Source: an uncultured Candidatus Saccharibacteria bacterium
Lineage (GTDB): Bacteria > Patescibacteriota > Minisyncoccia > Phycocordibacterales > UBA9973
DNA length: 64,000 bases
Direction: 5' to 3'
Assembly: GCA_964496425.1 (NCBI GenBank)
Contig: CAZBZO010000005.1
Location: forward strand, 10,015-74,014
The number at the start of each line of letters is the position of its first letter. Position 1 is the stretch's first letter. Both the position numbers and the translations under genes were made by a program. The notes under the pieces are model-generated. The model saw only the letters and a program-made list of their open reading frames with translations. It made no database searches and was not told the DNA's origin. Below are positions 35,811 to 46,151 of the stretch, piece by piece.

Positions 35811-37424
35811 CTAATGCCCAAAAAAGCCGCGGGCGAGGGGGTCGGGGATGAGGTAGAGAGGAACATTGTTTTTCTGGCAGACTTCAATGGATTTTGGATC
35901 GTTGACTGAACCGGATTCAGAAAATATTGCTTTTACTCCGGCGGTGATCAATGTCTCCGGTGCATCAGGAAACGGGAAGAAGCTGTCGCTATAAGCTACA
36001 GCACCATTGATATCATGTCCGGCATCAGTGGCACGAGAGAGTGCAAGCTTAGCAGCTCCCACGCGGTCTTGTTGGCCGACGCCATTGCCGATGAGCATAC
36101 CGTCTTTTACAAGTGAGATAGTATTTGAGTTCGATGTTGAGCCGATGGCCCAGGCCAAAAGTATATCTTTTTCTTGTTCCAGACTTGCTGTTCCATGTTT
36201 CTCAAGTTCCACTTGTTTAAAATCAAGCACAAAAGTGTAGTTGGGTTGGATGAGGAATCCGCCGCGGACATAGCGGAAGCGATGGTCAGTATCGAGTGAA
36301 TCTTTTGATAGTGTTGAAAGGGCAGGGTTGGCAAGGAAACGACACCTGTCGCCTTTGCGGCGAAGCGTAGTGATCGCCGAGTCAGAAAATGATGGAGCAA
36401 TAATACCGTCGAGAATCCTGCGGCCACTTTCCATACCATAGGAGAGAAGTATTTCTGCAAGTGTTTCGTCTATTTCAAAATTGGTCATCACTAAACCACC
36501 AAAGATCGCTCGCTTGTCACCATCTACCATTTTTTTAAGCACCTCTTCTTTGGAGTCTCCAAAGGCTGCTCCACAGGCATTGCCATGTTTGACGGCGATA
36601 GCCACAAACGGCACGGAGCCATAATTGATATCAAAGCCAGCGGCGATATGGGTGATAGTGATGAGGAGGCGATCAATGTCAGCGTAGTTGTTAAATGATG
36701 GCGGTGTACCCTCGATCAGTTTGAAATTTTCTAATGCTAAGGGATCAGCAGTATTTTTTTTATATAAAAAAGCCGGCTTTTGATATCCATTTTCACCATA
36801 TTTACACTCGGCGATTTGTTCGCCGACAAAGCCCTCATATTTATTTTTTCCATGATACCGAGCCGATGTGAGAACGTATGAAGCGACAATATGTTCAGCT
36901 TTGGCGGCAAGTGCGCCAAGGAAGATTTCTTTCTCAGGCTCACCCGCTGAAAGCCATTCAATGACTTTACTACGATCACTTGGATCACAAATTACGATTC
37001 GTCCAGCCTTCGCTGCGCCGCGGATCATTGTCGGTCCGCCAATATCAGTTTGCTCGATTACAGACTCTTTTGTGCTTTCAGGTTTAGCAATTTCTGCCGC
37101 CAAGGGATACATATCACAGCAGACCAGATCAATGAAGCGAATACTTCTATCGGCGAGCTCTTTTCGATCCTCAGATGTGTCTTTGGCTAAAATACCCGCG
37201 TGAATTTCACGTGAAAGAGTGACAACACGATGCCCGAGTATGGGCTCACCGACAATACTGCCGACGTCTGTGACCACAATATTATTCTCAGTGAGGATTT
37301 TAGCTGTACCACCAGACGCAAGAATTTCCCAGGAATAATTTTTGTCAGCTAAAAGTGCCTGGGCAAAGTCTACAATGCCAGTTTTGTCGTATACGGAAAT
37401 AAGTGCAACACGTGATGGTTTCAT
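35811..37424 (-). CDS. purH: Bifunctional AICAR transformylase / IMP cyclohydrolase
   Basis: MGS-like N-terminus ALISVYDKTGIVDFA..LASGGTAKIL..GHRVVTLSREIHAGIL plus the AICARFT domain. 537 aa. Confidence 0.9.
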   Translation of the reverse strand: MKPSRVALISVYDKTGIVDFAQALLADKNYSWEILASGGTAKILTENNIVVTDVGSIVGEPILGHRVVTLSREIHAGILAKDTSEDRKELADRSIRFIDLVCCDMYPLAAEIAKPESTKESVIEQTDIGGPTMIRGAAKAGRIVICDPSDRSKVIEWLSAGEPEKEIFLGALAAKAEHIVASYVLTSARYHGKNKYEGFVGEQIAECKYGENGYQKPAFLYKKNTADPLALENFKLIEGTPPSFNNYADIDRLLITITHIAAGFDINYGSVPFVAIAVKHGNACGAAFGDSKEEVLKKMVDGDKRAIFGGLVMTNFEIDETLAEILLSYGMESGRRILDGIIAPSFSDSAITTLRRKGDRCRFLANPALSTLSKDSLDTDHRFRYVRGGFLIQPNYTFVLDFKQVELEKHGTASLEQEKDILLAWAIGSTSNSNTISLVKDGMLIGNGVGQQDRVGAAKLALSRATDAGHDINGAVAYSDSFFPFPDAPETLITAGVKAIFSESGSVNDPKSIEVCQKNNVPLYLIPDPLARGFFGH

Positions 37425-37430
37425 AGTTTT

Positions 37431-37790
37431 TTAAGCAGCTTCTCTCATAGAATTGGTAATGTCCCTGATGTCTTTTTTGGGGACATCATTCGGTTGGAGT
37501 TTCTTAATGACCGTTTTTATATCATCTATCTGCATCCAGGTAAGCAGGGTATCTATTGTTTGTTGTTTGCTTGCTTCACTAGAAATAGATGCAAACTGCT
37601 GTTTGAGTTGAGAGAAAAATTCTAAAATATCGCTCTGATCTTCATGTGAAAGAAATTCTGAAATAATTTTCTTATTGTCAGTCGATATCGTATCTCCAAA
37701 AGTATCCTTTAGATCGGCAGCAATTTTTAGTTCAATTTCTCCTACTTTACCTCTTATTTTTTCCCCCTCATACCAAGCTTCTTTTGACAT
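37431..37790 (-). CDS. Hypothetical protein
   Basis: 119 aa, acidic and helical. Operonic with purH. Confidence 0.4.
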   Translation of the reverse strand: MSKEAWYEGEKIRGKVGEIELKIAADLKDTFGDTISTDNKKIISEFLSHEDQSDILEFFSQLKQQFASISSEASKQQTIDTLLTWMQIDDIKTVIKKLQPNDVPKKDIRDITNSMREAA

Positions 37791-37817
37791 AGTCCTTATA
37801 CTAGCACAGGGAATATC

Positions 37818-38447
37818 TTAATGGGAACCTTTGTTCCAGGAGACTAATTTCCCGGCTTTTATTTCCACTTGATCTGCTTTTCGGAGTCCTGTAACCATCT
37901 TTTTTGTTAAGATCTGCTCATGTGGTGATTCATCAAGTGCCTCGATGATGTAATAGAGATCATGTTCGCTCGTTATCCAGTTTTTCTTGTTATATTTTGC
38001 CAGGTTGAATGGTCGCGAGAAACTGCGAAGCGTTTTTGTACCATCGTTGAGGAAATATTCATGGAAGTATGACATGGCAAGCTCTCGAGGTGTTTTATAT
38101 ACAGGCTCTCGATAGCGAAGGACGGCGTGGTTGGTTTTGGAAATGGCGCCCCAATGCCCATGGCGCTTGAAGAGTGTAACGACATGATCGAAGTCTTTGA
38201 GATTGCTGGGCGAGACTTTGAGATCCATGAGGAGCGCCGGCTCGCCATGGAAGCTAAGAATGGCCGCCGCCAAGAGCGCTCCTTCCGCACAATGGGCTTT
38301 CTTTTTTTGAAGTACCGTACGCGGCGATCTGCATGTTTCACCATCTTCTTCAAAATTGATCGGTAACGTTTCCAGAAAATCTTGAATTTTCTTCGGAGTA
38401 TTGAGCTTCTTGAACAAAGCTTTTTCTTGTTTGGTTAGATCAAGCAT
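37818..38447 (-). CDS. Hypothetical protein with possible Cys/His/Asp hydrolase (transglutaminase- or papain-like) core
   Basis: KKAHCAEGALLAAAIL..H..D pattern. Weak evidence. Confidence 0.35.
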   Translation of the reverse strand: MLDLTKQEKALFKKLNTPKKIQDFLETLPINFEEDGETCRSPRTVLQKKKAHCAEGALLAAAILSFHGEPALLMDLKVSPSNLKDFDHVVTLFKRHGHWGAISKTNHAVLRYREPVYKTPRELAMSYFHEYFLNDGTKTLRSFSRPFNLAKYNKKNWITSEHDLYYIIEALDESPHEQILTKKMVTGLRKADQVEIKAGKLVSWNKGSH

Positions 38448-39217
38448 CAGTAGATAAATATAAAAAAGAAAATAATTGAAATCACAATTCGGTACCAGCC
38501 AAAAGCTGTGAATGAATGACTGCGGACGTATCTTAAGAGCCAGGTAATAGCGAGAAGGGCAACGAGGAAAGAAACAATAAACCCAATGAGAAGGAGTGGA
38601 ATGTTATTTTTTGTGAATGTATCGATATTTTTTATGAGGTCGAGTCCAGTCGCGGCGATCATGGTTGGGACAGCGAGGAGAAATGAAAATCGCACAATCG
38701 TTTCGCGCGAGAGCCCAAGCGAAAGTCCGCCGACAATGGTGGCTGCAGAGCGTGACACTCCAGGGATAATGGCGATAGATTGGAAAAGGCCGATAATGAA
38801 AGCGTTTTTATACGTGATTTCCTCGCTGGCTTCTGCTGCCATATTTTTCTTTTTGTAGAGCATTTCAAATATGATAAGCGCAATGCCGCCGCCGACGAGC
38901 GCGCCTAAAACAACGAAAACATTGCCGATAAGGTATGTTTTGATAAATCGATAGAGTAAAAAACCGACAAGAGCTGTAGGAATGAACGCGACGAGAAGTT
39001 TTTTAATCATACTCACATTCCAGAGTGATTTGAAGTAGAGGACAATAACAGCCAAGATTGCGCCGAGCTGAATAATGACCTCAAAACTTTTAAGGAAGTT
39101 GGTCTGCGGAAGTTGTAAGACATGGCTTACGAGTATGAGATGTCCGGTTGAAGAAATCGGCAAAAATTCACTGATACCTTCCACGACGCCGAGAAGTAAT
39201 GCATGAAATACAGTCAT
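38447..39217 (-). CDS. uppP: Undecaprenyl-diphosphatase
   Basis: GISEFLPISSTGHL and PGVSRSAATI motifs. 8 TM helices. Confidence 0.9.
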   Translation of the reverse strand: MTVFHALLLGVVEGISEFLPISSTGHLILVSHVLQLPQTNFLKSFEVIIQLGAILAVIVLYFKSLWNVSMIKKLLVAFIPTALVGFLLYRFIKTYLIGNVFVVLGALVGGGIALIIFEMLYKKKNMAAEASEEITYKNAFIIGLFQSIAIIPGVSRSAATIVGGLSLGLSRETIVRFSFLLAVPTMIAATGLDLIKNIDTFTKNNIPLLLIGFIVSFLVALLAITWLLRYVRSHSFTAFGWYRIVISIIFFFIFIY

Positions 39218-39218
39218 T

Positions 39219-39836
39219 TCATTTGGAAAGGTTTTTAGTTTTTATATTAAAGAGCCAGCGGTTGAGAAACTGCAAGAGAGAAATCAAAAGTATAATTCCC
39301 ATAGCGATCAATATGAGATTGTGCGCTTTTCCGACGCCACTTACGATGTCTTCCACTCGATTTCTAAAATATGCTCCAAGCCAAACCAAGAGCGGTACAT
39401 AAATAACAATTGCAGCGAGTTCGTACATGAGAAATTTTTTAAATGGAACCTTGAGGTGACCAGCCATAAAAGGGCCAAGAAACCGCAGTTGCATGAGAAA
39501 GCGCGAAAAGAAAATGACTTTATAAATATGTGTCTCTATCCACGCTTGTTTGGTTTTGAGGCGTTTGGCAAAAAATTTATTGTAGAAAAAAGTAATGATA
39601 CGGTTGCCTCTGCGCGCCAGCACATACATGGCGATGTCACTTACCAGAAGTCCGGCCATAATGAGAGGAACCAAGATAAATACGTTTAGTTTTCCAGTGC
39701 CAGCAAGGTAGCCAAACGCCAGAAGAACCACTTCCTCGGGTACAGGAATAACAACGTTTGAAAGCATAGCCACGACGAATATCCCAACATACGAAAGAGT
39801 GCCTAGATGGCCGAGTAAAACTTGAGTTTCTGACAT
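39219..39836 (-). CDS. DedA/SNARE-associated family membrane protein
   Basis: 205 aa, multi-TM, DedA-like core. Confidence 0.7.
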   Translation of the reverse strand: MSETQVLLGHLGTLSYVGIFVVAMLSNVVIPVPEEVVLLAFGYLAGTGKLNVFILVPLIMAGLLVSDIAMYVLARRGNRIITFFYNKFFAKRLKTKQAWIETHIYKVIFFSRFLMQLRFLGPFMAGHLKVPFKKFLMYELAAIVIYVPLLVWLGAYFRNRVEDIVSGVGKAHNLILIAMGIILLISLLQFLNRWLFNIKTKNLSK

Positions 39837-39948
39837 AAAATATCGAAATTGTTCTTAAACGCTTACAGTATAACACGTTTTCACCGTTCTTGCGCAGTTT
39901 TTTGAGGAATTATTAGCGAATAAATAACCGCTCCAGTATACTAATGCT

Positions 39949-41790
39949 ATGACATTTCTAATTATTTCATTTATTGCTGGCATACTAACCGTGCTTGCGC
40001 CGTGTATTTTGCCGCTTCTGCCGGTGATTGTCGGCGGCTCGATCGTCGAAGGTGAAAACAAACATAAGTCCTTTGTTATTATCGGAGCACTTATGCTCTC
40101 TATTATTATTTTTACTCTCATCCTTAAGTGGAGTACAACTTTTATCAACGTGCCACAGTATGTCTGGACACTTATTTCCGGTTCCATTTTGATTCTTTTT
40201 GCAATCTCCATGATTTTTCCCGGACTCTGGGAACGACTTCCGTTCACAAGCGTCCTTTCATTGAAAAGTAACAAATTACTCGGTACGGGGTATCAGAAAA
40301 AGAGTCTCTGGGGCGATATTATTATGGGTGCGGCGCTCGGGCCAGTCTTCTCATCATGTAGCCCGACTTATTTTGTCATTCTCGCTACAGTCTTGCCACA
40401 GAGTTTTAGTAAAGGATTGCTCTATCTCCTCGCGTATGCTCTGGGGCTTGGACTTTCACTTTTGATAATTGTATTTGTCGGACAGAAAATTATTGGGCGC
40501 ATCGGTGCAGTGTCGGATCCACGAAGTATTTTTAAGCGTTCGATCGGAATCTTATTTCTTTTAGTTGGTATCGCAATTCTTACAGGCTATGACAAAAAAA
40601 TAGAAGAGAAGCTTTTGAATGGAACATTTGATATTACCAAAATTGAAACTAAGCTTTTGCAACAAGCCGATAAAACCACATCACTACTTTCGGACCCTTT
40701 GCCTCCTACAACACAGAGTGTCTCAGAAGATATGCCAGATATACTTGCAGAGGCTTTACCCACTGCCTCAGGTATGCCAACTGCGAAGCAATTTATGACC
40801 CTCATCGACAAAGCAAAAAAATATCCACAGTATACAGAAATTACCAATCCATCTGGATTTGTAAATACAGACGGTTTACCGATTACGATTGCGGAGCATG
40901 TCGGTCGCGAAGTTATTATGATTGATTTTATGACGTATAGCTGTATTAATTGTAAGCGAACATTTCCATACTTAAATACGTGGTATGAAAAGTATCAGGA
41001 TGACGGTTTTCTGATTATCGGCATTCATACACCAGAATTCGCTTTTGAAAAGAACATTGGCAATGTAACTGACGCTATGGCTGACGCAGGGATTATGTTT
41101 CCGATCGTGCTTGATAATGACTACGGCACATGGAATGCGTATAAAAATAGTTACTGGCCACGCAAATATCTCATTGATATTGATGGCTATGTGGTCTACG
41201 ATCATATTGGTGAAGGGGAGTATGAAAAGACTGAAGCAAAAATTGTAGAATTATTAGCTGAGCGAGCAGTGCGGCTCGGTATGACGGCTCCTCAAAATGA
41301 AAACGGCAGCGATACGATCACTCCTGTATCAATTCTCACGAGTAGTCCCGAAACCTATCTCGGAAGTGCGAGGCAGGGTAATTTTGTAAATGAAAATACT
41401 GCTAGTGGTTGCAAAGCTGGTGCATGCATATACACCCTTCCCGCAACTATTCCCCAAAACAGTTTTGCGTTAGGCGGCACATGGAGTGCGTCGGACGAAT
41501 TTATGACATTAACAAGTCCAAGCGGAAGCATCCAATATCACTTCATTGCTTCAAAAGTATACCTAGTGGCTTCCAATAGTAGTGGGCCTGTTGATGCTGA
41601 TATATTAATTGATGGGCGTCCAATAGCCGAAGGTGAAAAAGGAAGCGATGTGGATGCACAAGGCCATATACGTATCGATGGGGCCAATCTATACAACATT
41701 GCTGATTTTGGAGGAACGATGGCTGAACATACGATTGAAATCCGCGCTAATAATGCGGGGCTTGAAGCCTACACTTTTACATTTGGTTAG
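39949..41790 (+). CDS. DipZ-like fusion: CcdA/DsbD transmembrane domain + thioredoxin-fold (CxxC) domain + C-terminal beta-rich domain
   Basis: LAPCILP CcdA motif, TM array, thioredoxin-like YSCINCKRTFP, extra C-terminal domain. Confidence 0.75.
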   Translation: MTFLIISFIAGILTVLAPCILPLLPVIVGGSIVEGENKHKSFVIIGALMLSIIIFTLILKWSTTFINVPQYVWTLISGSILILFAISMIFPGLWERLPFTSVLSLKSNKLLGTGYQKKSLWGDIIMGAALGPVFSSCSPTYFVILATVLPQSFSKGLLYLLAYALGLGLSLLIIVFVGQKIIGRIGAVSDPRSIFKRSIGILFLLVGIAILTGYDKKIEEKLLNGTFDITKIETKLLQQADKTTSLLSDPLPPTTQSVSEDMPDILAEALPTASGMPTAKQFMTLIDKAKKYPQYTEITNPSGFVNTDGLPITIAEHVGREVIMIDFMTYSCINCKRTFPYLNTWYEKYQDDGFLIIGIHTPEFAFEKNIGNVTDAMADAGIMFPIVLDNDYGTWNAYKNSYWPRKYLIDIDGYVVYDHIGEGEYEKTEAKIVELLAERAVRLGMTAPQNENGSDTITPVSILTSSPETYLGSARQGNFVNENTASGCKAGACIYTLPATIPQNSFALGGTWSASDEFMTLTSPSGSIQYHFIASKVYLVASNSSGPVDADILIDGRPIAEGEKGSDVDAQGHIRIDGANLYNIADFGGTMAEHTIEIRANNAGLEAYTFTFG

Positions 41791-42394
41791 TATTTCTCCA
41801 TGGTCCCCAAAGATTGATATGGAAATATATCGCACCCAGGCGTAGTGCGTACGCTGCTAGTAGAATTCCATACAATACGAAAGGATTTTTAAGATACGAC
41901 GAAAAAATGACATACAGTAGTCCTAAAAATATTGCAGGTGAGGCATAAAAATCTTTATAAAAAATCTGGGGAGTTTCGGCAATTGCAATGTCACGTAAAA
42001 GACCTCCACCAACTGCGCTTACTGTTGCGAGGAATATTATCGCAATTGATCCAAGGCCCGCAACATGAGCTGCTGATGCACCAATAAGGGCAAATGTTAC
42101 TAAACCGAGCGCATCTATAGCGAGCGCAAAACGATTGATTTTAGAAAATACTGGATACAAAATAATCGCTAAAAAGGTGCCACATAATATAGCAATGCAG
42201 TACGACATATCATAAAAATACTGCGGTGTGTGGCCGAGCAATATTTCTCGGATGGTCCCGCCGCCTACAGCGGTGAGGAATGCAACGATAAAAATACCAA
42301 AGATATCAAATTTTCTTTGAATGCCAATATAGGCGCCATAGAAAGCGAACGTAATCGTGCCGAGGAGGTCGAGAAGATAAATTTCAAAACCCAT
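41777..42394 (-). CDS. UPF0126/TRIC-like membrane protein (duplicated GGGxxRD motif)
   Basis: AVGGGTIREILLG and AVGGGLLRDIAIA repeats in a 7-TM protein. Confidence 0.7.
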   Translation of the reverse strand: MGFEIYLLDLLGTITFAFYGAYIGIQRKFDIFGIFIVAFLTAVGGGTIREILLGHTPQYFYDMSYCIAILCGTFLAIILYPVFSKINRFALAIDALGLVTFALIGASAAHVAGLGSIAIIFLATVSAVGGGLLRDIAIAETPQIFYKDFYASPAIFLGLLYVIFSSYLKNPFVLYGILLAAYALRLGAIYFHINLWGPWRNTNQM

Positions 42395-42434
42395 GTCTGT
42401 ATCCTAGCATAGGAGACCGTATCGTTACAGCTTT

Positions 42435-43355
42435 TTAGTCAAAAATCGCTGCGAGGTAGGCGTCGATATCACGCTGGTCCATGTCGTAAAAATTCTTTAG
42501 ATCTTTGTGGAGTTTGCCGGCAAGCGCGACTCCGACAAATCTCCAGTGCCATGGTTCATACGTATAGTAAGTGTTGTTTTTTGGATATGAAAGTACAAAA
42601 CCGTATTTATTGGCATTACCAACGAGCCAGGAATAGGCGATGGTCGAATCAAATCCTGAAAATGGCGTAGCTTCATCGCTTGTGAAATCAATCGCAGTCC
42701 CCAGCTGATGTTCTGAATATCCTTGATCGGCAGAAAATTGATTGGCAGTGCCAGCTCCGTAGATCACTGTGTAGTTTGATTTGAGCGCGGCTTGTTCACC
42801 GAACGATCGATAGGCTGATACAACAGAGAGATCTACCCCGTCTGTTTTCGCATGCGCGAACATGTCTTCAAGAAACGGTAAAACACTGACATGTATTTCT
42901 TGAGGATTGGACGTGTCGTAGAGATCATCCTCGTCGATGTCTGCTAACCCTGATGGTGTATAATTTTCGTTCAGAAAATATATTTTAGAATATTTCTGCA
43001 AAAGTTCAGGATCTGTGTTTTCAAGTTTTTGAAGTGTGCCGACGGTACCGGTGACCTGTTCAATACTTGCTCCAAAATTTTCTATTTGGTTTTGAAATGC
43101 ACTTGCTTGATTACGCAATGAGTCTGTAATACTGGTGTTTTGGTCCTGGGTAACCGAAATATTGTGTTCAAGCTCGCCGAGCTTGGTCGCATACTCAGAT
43201 TGAGTTTTCGTGGTCATAGCTACCTGGTCTTTCATGCTATTGGCAACGACATGAACACGGTAGAGGCTATAGATACTTATACCCAGAACGACTAACACAA
43301 TGGCACCAAGAATTATAAGAGCTTTTTGAGATACGATCATAGAATCATTTTTCAT
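42435..43355 (-). CDS. VanY-like M15 D-alanyl-D-alanine carboxypeptidase with N-terminal TM anchor
   Basis: SAYRSFGEQAAL..SEHQLGTAIDF..EPWHWRF metal-binding motifs. Confidence 0.8.
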   Translation of the reverse strand: MKNDSMIVSQKALIILGAIVLVVLGISIYSLYRVHVVANSMKDQVAMTTKTQSEYATKLGELEHNISVTQDQNTSITDSLRNQASAFQNQIENFGASIEQVTGTVGTLQKLENTDPELLQKYSKIYFLNENYTPSGLADIDEDDLYDTSNPQEIHVSVLPFLEDMFAHAKTDGVDLSVVSAYRSFGEQAALKSNYTVIYGAGTANQFSADQGYSEHQLGTAIDFTSDEATPFSGFDSTIAYSWLVGNANKYGFVLSYPKNNTYYTYEPWHWRFVGVALAGKLHKDLKNFYDMDQRDIDAYLAAIFD

Positions 43356-43456
43356 GTCTGGATTCTACCATATTCGATAAAATCTCAAAACGATACCAAG
43401 AGACGACTGGTTTCTCAAGACAAAAATACAAAATCGTATGCTATAGTATAAAAACT

Positions 43457-44410
43457 ATGCCAGAAGCAATCATTACAATAAAGAACCTCACGAAATCATT
43501 TAAAAATGTTGAAGTTTTGAAAGGTATCAATCTCGAAGTGGAAAAGGGGACTATGCTTGCACTTTTGGGACCAAATGGTGCCGGTAAAACGACGACGGTG
43601 CGTATTTTAAGCACGCTTTTATCACCAGACGGTGGTGAAGTGCGAGTACGTGGTCTCGATATTGTACGTGATGCTGATCACGTCCGCGCTTCGATCGGGC
43701 TCACCGGTCAGTATGCCGCAGTGGACGAATATTTAACGGGCGAAGAAAATCTCATCATGATGGGGCGGCTCTACCATTTGAAAAAAGATGCAGCTAAAAT
43801 ACGTGCAAAAGAATTGCTCGAAGAATTTGATTTAACAGAAGCAAAAGATCGCATCGCCAAAACATATTCGGGTGGCATGCGTCGAAGACTGGATCTCGCC
43901 CTTTCGCTCATTGCGACACCACCTATTTTGTTTCTTGACGAACCGACCACTGGTCTCGATCCGCGGAGCCGCATTAAGATTTGGGAAATTATAAAAAAAC
44001 TTTTAGCGAGCGGTACCACAATTCTTCTCACCACTCAGTATCTTGAAGAAGCAGATAAGCTCGCTGACAAAATAGCTGTGCTCGACCACGGGGTGATTAT
44101 TGCGTACGGCACAGCCAACGAACTCAAAGAACGAGCAGGTAAAGAGCGCCTAGAGATTCGTATTGATAAAGAAAATAATTTTGCTGATGCAGTGGCCGCA
44201 ATCCTAGGCAGCAATAAACAAGTAGACGAATACGAGCGTCGTATCAGTATTGAAACTGATGGTAGCGTGGCAAGTGTTAAAGGTGTACTTGATGCTCTAG
44301 CGCACGCCCGCATCGAAGTCGAAACTTTGTCTCTTCATAAACCTACCCTCGACGATGTGTTTTTAACACTCACCGGTCACGCTGCTGAAACAGTAAAAAC
44401 TGAACAATAA
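43457..44410 (+). CDS. ABC transporter ATP-binding protein (DrrA-like)
   Basis: GPNGAGKTT, LSGGMRRRLDLA, LFLDEPTTGLD. Confidence 0.9.
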   Translation: MPEAIITIKNLTKSFKNVEVLKGINLEVEKGTMLALLGPNGAGKTTTVRILSTLLSPDGGEVRVRGLDIVRDADHVRASIGLTGQYAAVDEYLTGEENLIMMGRLYHLKKDAAKIRAKELLEEFDLTEAKDRIAKTYSGGMRRRLDLALSLIATPPILFLDEPTTGLDPRSRIKIWEIIKKLLASGTTILLTTQYLEEADKLADKIAVLDHGVIIAYGTANELKERAGKERLEIRIDKENNFADAVAAILGSNKQVDEYERRISIETDGSVASVKGVLDALAHARIEVETLSLHKPTLDDVFLTLTGHAAETVKTEQ

Positions 44411-44412
44411 TT

Positions 44413-45222
44413 ATGGAACCACACATTCAACAATCTAAAAAGTTTGATTCGCCAATCTCGTGGGCCGTTTCTGATACCTTGGTATTAGTTGAGCGCAGTT
44501 TGCGGCATATTTTTAAAAATCTCGATCAACTTTTGTCGATTATTATTTCTCCGGTCATGTTTATGCTGTTGTTTCGCTATGTCTTCGGCGGGGCGATTGC
44601 AACCGAGGGTACCACATACGTCAATTATCTCGTGGCGGGTATTTTAGTGCAGACTGCTGCTTTTGGGGCGCTCACCACATCGCTCTCTGTGGCCAATGAT
44701 TTAAAACAGGGGATCATCGAGCGATTAAAAACGCTCCCGATCGTAAGCTCGGGAGTGCTTATGGGTCACGTGGTAGCGGATTTGGTACGAAATATTCTCT
44801 CATCGATTGTGATGATCGGTATTGCACTTCTGGTTGGCTTTCGGCCGAATGCGACGATTATCGAATGGATTCAAATACTTGGTATACTTTTGCTTTTTAC
44901 TTTTGCGATCTCATGGCTCTCAGCGATTATGGGTCTCCTTGCAAAGTCTGTGGAAGCAGTGCAATGGCTTGGCTTTGTGGCGATTTTTCCGCTTACCTTT
45001 GCTTCAAGTGCATTTGTACCAACAGATGGTATGCCACGAGCACTTAAATTTTTCGCTGAAAATCAACCAATCACGCATGTGATCGAATCAATCCGCTCAC
45101 TCATGATCGGCACCCCGATCGGCAACCATGCCACCATGGCAGTACTCTGGTGTGTAGGATTTATTGTGATTGCTATTCCTCTTGCCTCATATCTTTTCCG
45201 AAAACACAAAGGTAATCGATAA
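44413..45222 (+). CDS. ABC-2 type transporter permease
   Basis: 6-TM ABC-2 permease downstream of the ATPase. Confidence 0.8.
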   Translation: MEPHIQQSKKFDSPISWAVSDTLVLVERSLRHIFKNLDQLLSIIISPVMFMLLFRYVFGGAIATEGTTYVNYLVAGILVQTAAFGALTTSLSVANDLKQGIIERLKTLPIVSSGVLMGHVVADLVRNILSSIVMIGIALLVGFRPNATIIEWIQILGILLLFTFAISWLSAIMGLLAKSVEAVQWLGFVAIFPLTFASSAFVPTDGMPRALKFFAENQPITHVIESIRSLMIGTPIGNHATMAVLWCVGFIVIAIPLASYLFRKHKGNR

Positions 45223-45242
45223 TTTTCCCTTAACTCTCGTTT

Positions 45243-46064
45243 TTAAAACGTATTACATGCGGACACAAGGCCCGTATCGTATCCACGAGTAAACCAAAAT
45301 ACCCTCTCTTCAGAGGACCCATGAGTAAACGTCTCAGGTCGAATGCTTCCGGTCGTTGTTGCTTGGATATTATCGTCGCCAACTGCAGCAGCAGCATCGA
45401 GTGCTTCCTTGATTTCTCCTGGCAAAAACACGTCTTGGTCTTTTATTGAATTTGCCCAAAGTCCACCATAGCAATCGGCTTGAAGCTCGAGCTTAACCGA
45501 AAGTTCGTTTTCATTTTTGTTTGTGATTTGGCTATCTACAGCTTCCATTGTTCCCTGTAAATTTTGAACATGATGGCCGACTTCATGGGCGATCACGTAT
45601 GCTTCTGCTACGTCGCCTCCTTCGGCACCGAAGCGACTTTGGAGTTCATCGAAAAATGTTTCATCGAGATATATTGTTTGGTCAATCGGGCAATAATGAG
45701 GACCTATGTCAGATGTGGCAACTCCGCAGCCGGACTCTGTGGCGTTTCGAAAGAGTACTAAAGTCGGAGGAATATAGGATTCATTATCTTTTGCAAATGT
45801 CGCAGCCCACAGGTCGTTGTTTGAGCCGAGAACAGTAGAGGCGAATACCTCATACGAGTCCATGCCTTCAAAGTCTGCGCTGTTTTCACTTGGTACCTCG
45901 ACTTGGCTGAGGATAGGAAGTAAGTCAGAAACATTGCCACCACTGAGAAGTGTAAATACTACGACGATAGCAACGCCGCCAAGACCCAAACCACCAAACC
46001 CCACCGAGCTAGCTCGGCGGTCTACTACATTTCCACGACTCAGTATTTTGTTCCAACGCGCCAT
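45243..46064 (-). CDS. YpfJ-family putative neutral zinc metallopeptidase (membrane-anchored)
   Basis: GPHYCP..IYLD..AYVIAHEVGHHVQ..ELQADCYGG motifs. Confidence 0.75.
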   Translation of the reverse strand: MARWNKILSRGNVVDRRASSVGFGGLGLGGVAIVVVFTLLSGGNVSDLLPILSQVEVPSENSADFEGMDSYEVFASTVLGSNNDLWAATFAKDNESYIPPTLVLFRNATESGCGVATSDIGPHYCPIDQTIYLDETFFDELQSRFGAEGGDVAEAYVIAHEVGHHVQNLQGTMEAVDSQITNKNENELSVKLELQADCYGGLWANSIKDQDVFLPGEIKEALDAAAAVGDDNIQATTTGSIRPETFTHGSSEERVFWFTRGYDTGLVSACNTF

Positions 46065-46151
46065 ACACAAGTAGACGATTGATGAGAGTTATTGTAACGA
46101 TGTATATGTTTACAATCGCACGTAGTCCAGCGTACGTTTTACAGTTGATAA

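Noticed and set aside
35661-35909. 82-aa plus ORF overlapping the purH 3' end, and similar small overlapping ORFs (for example 36007-36240, 36868-37203)
   Set aside because: Shadow ORFs within or against purH. No independent support.
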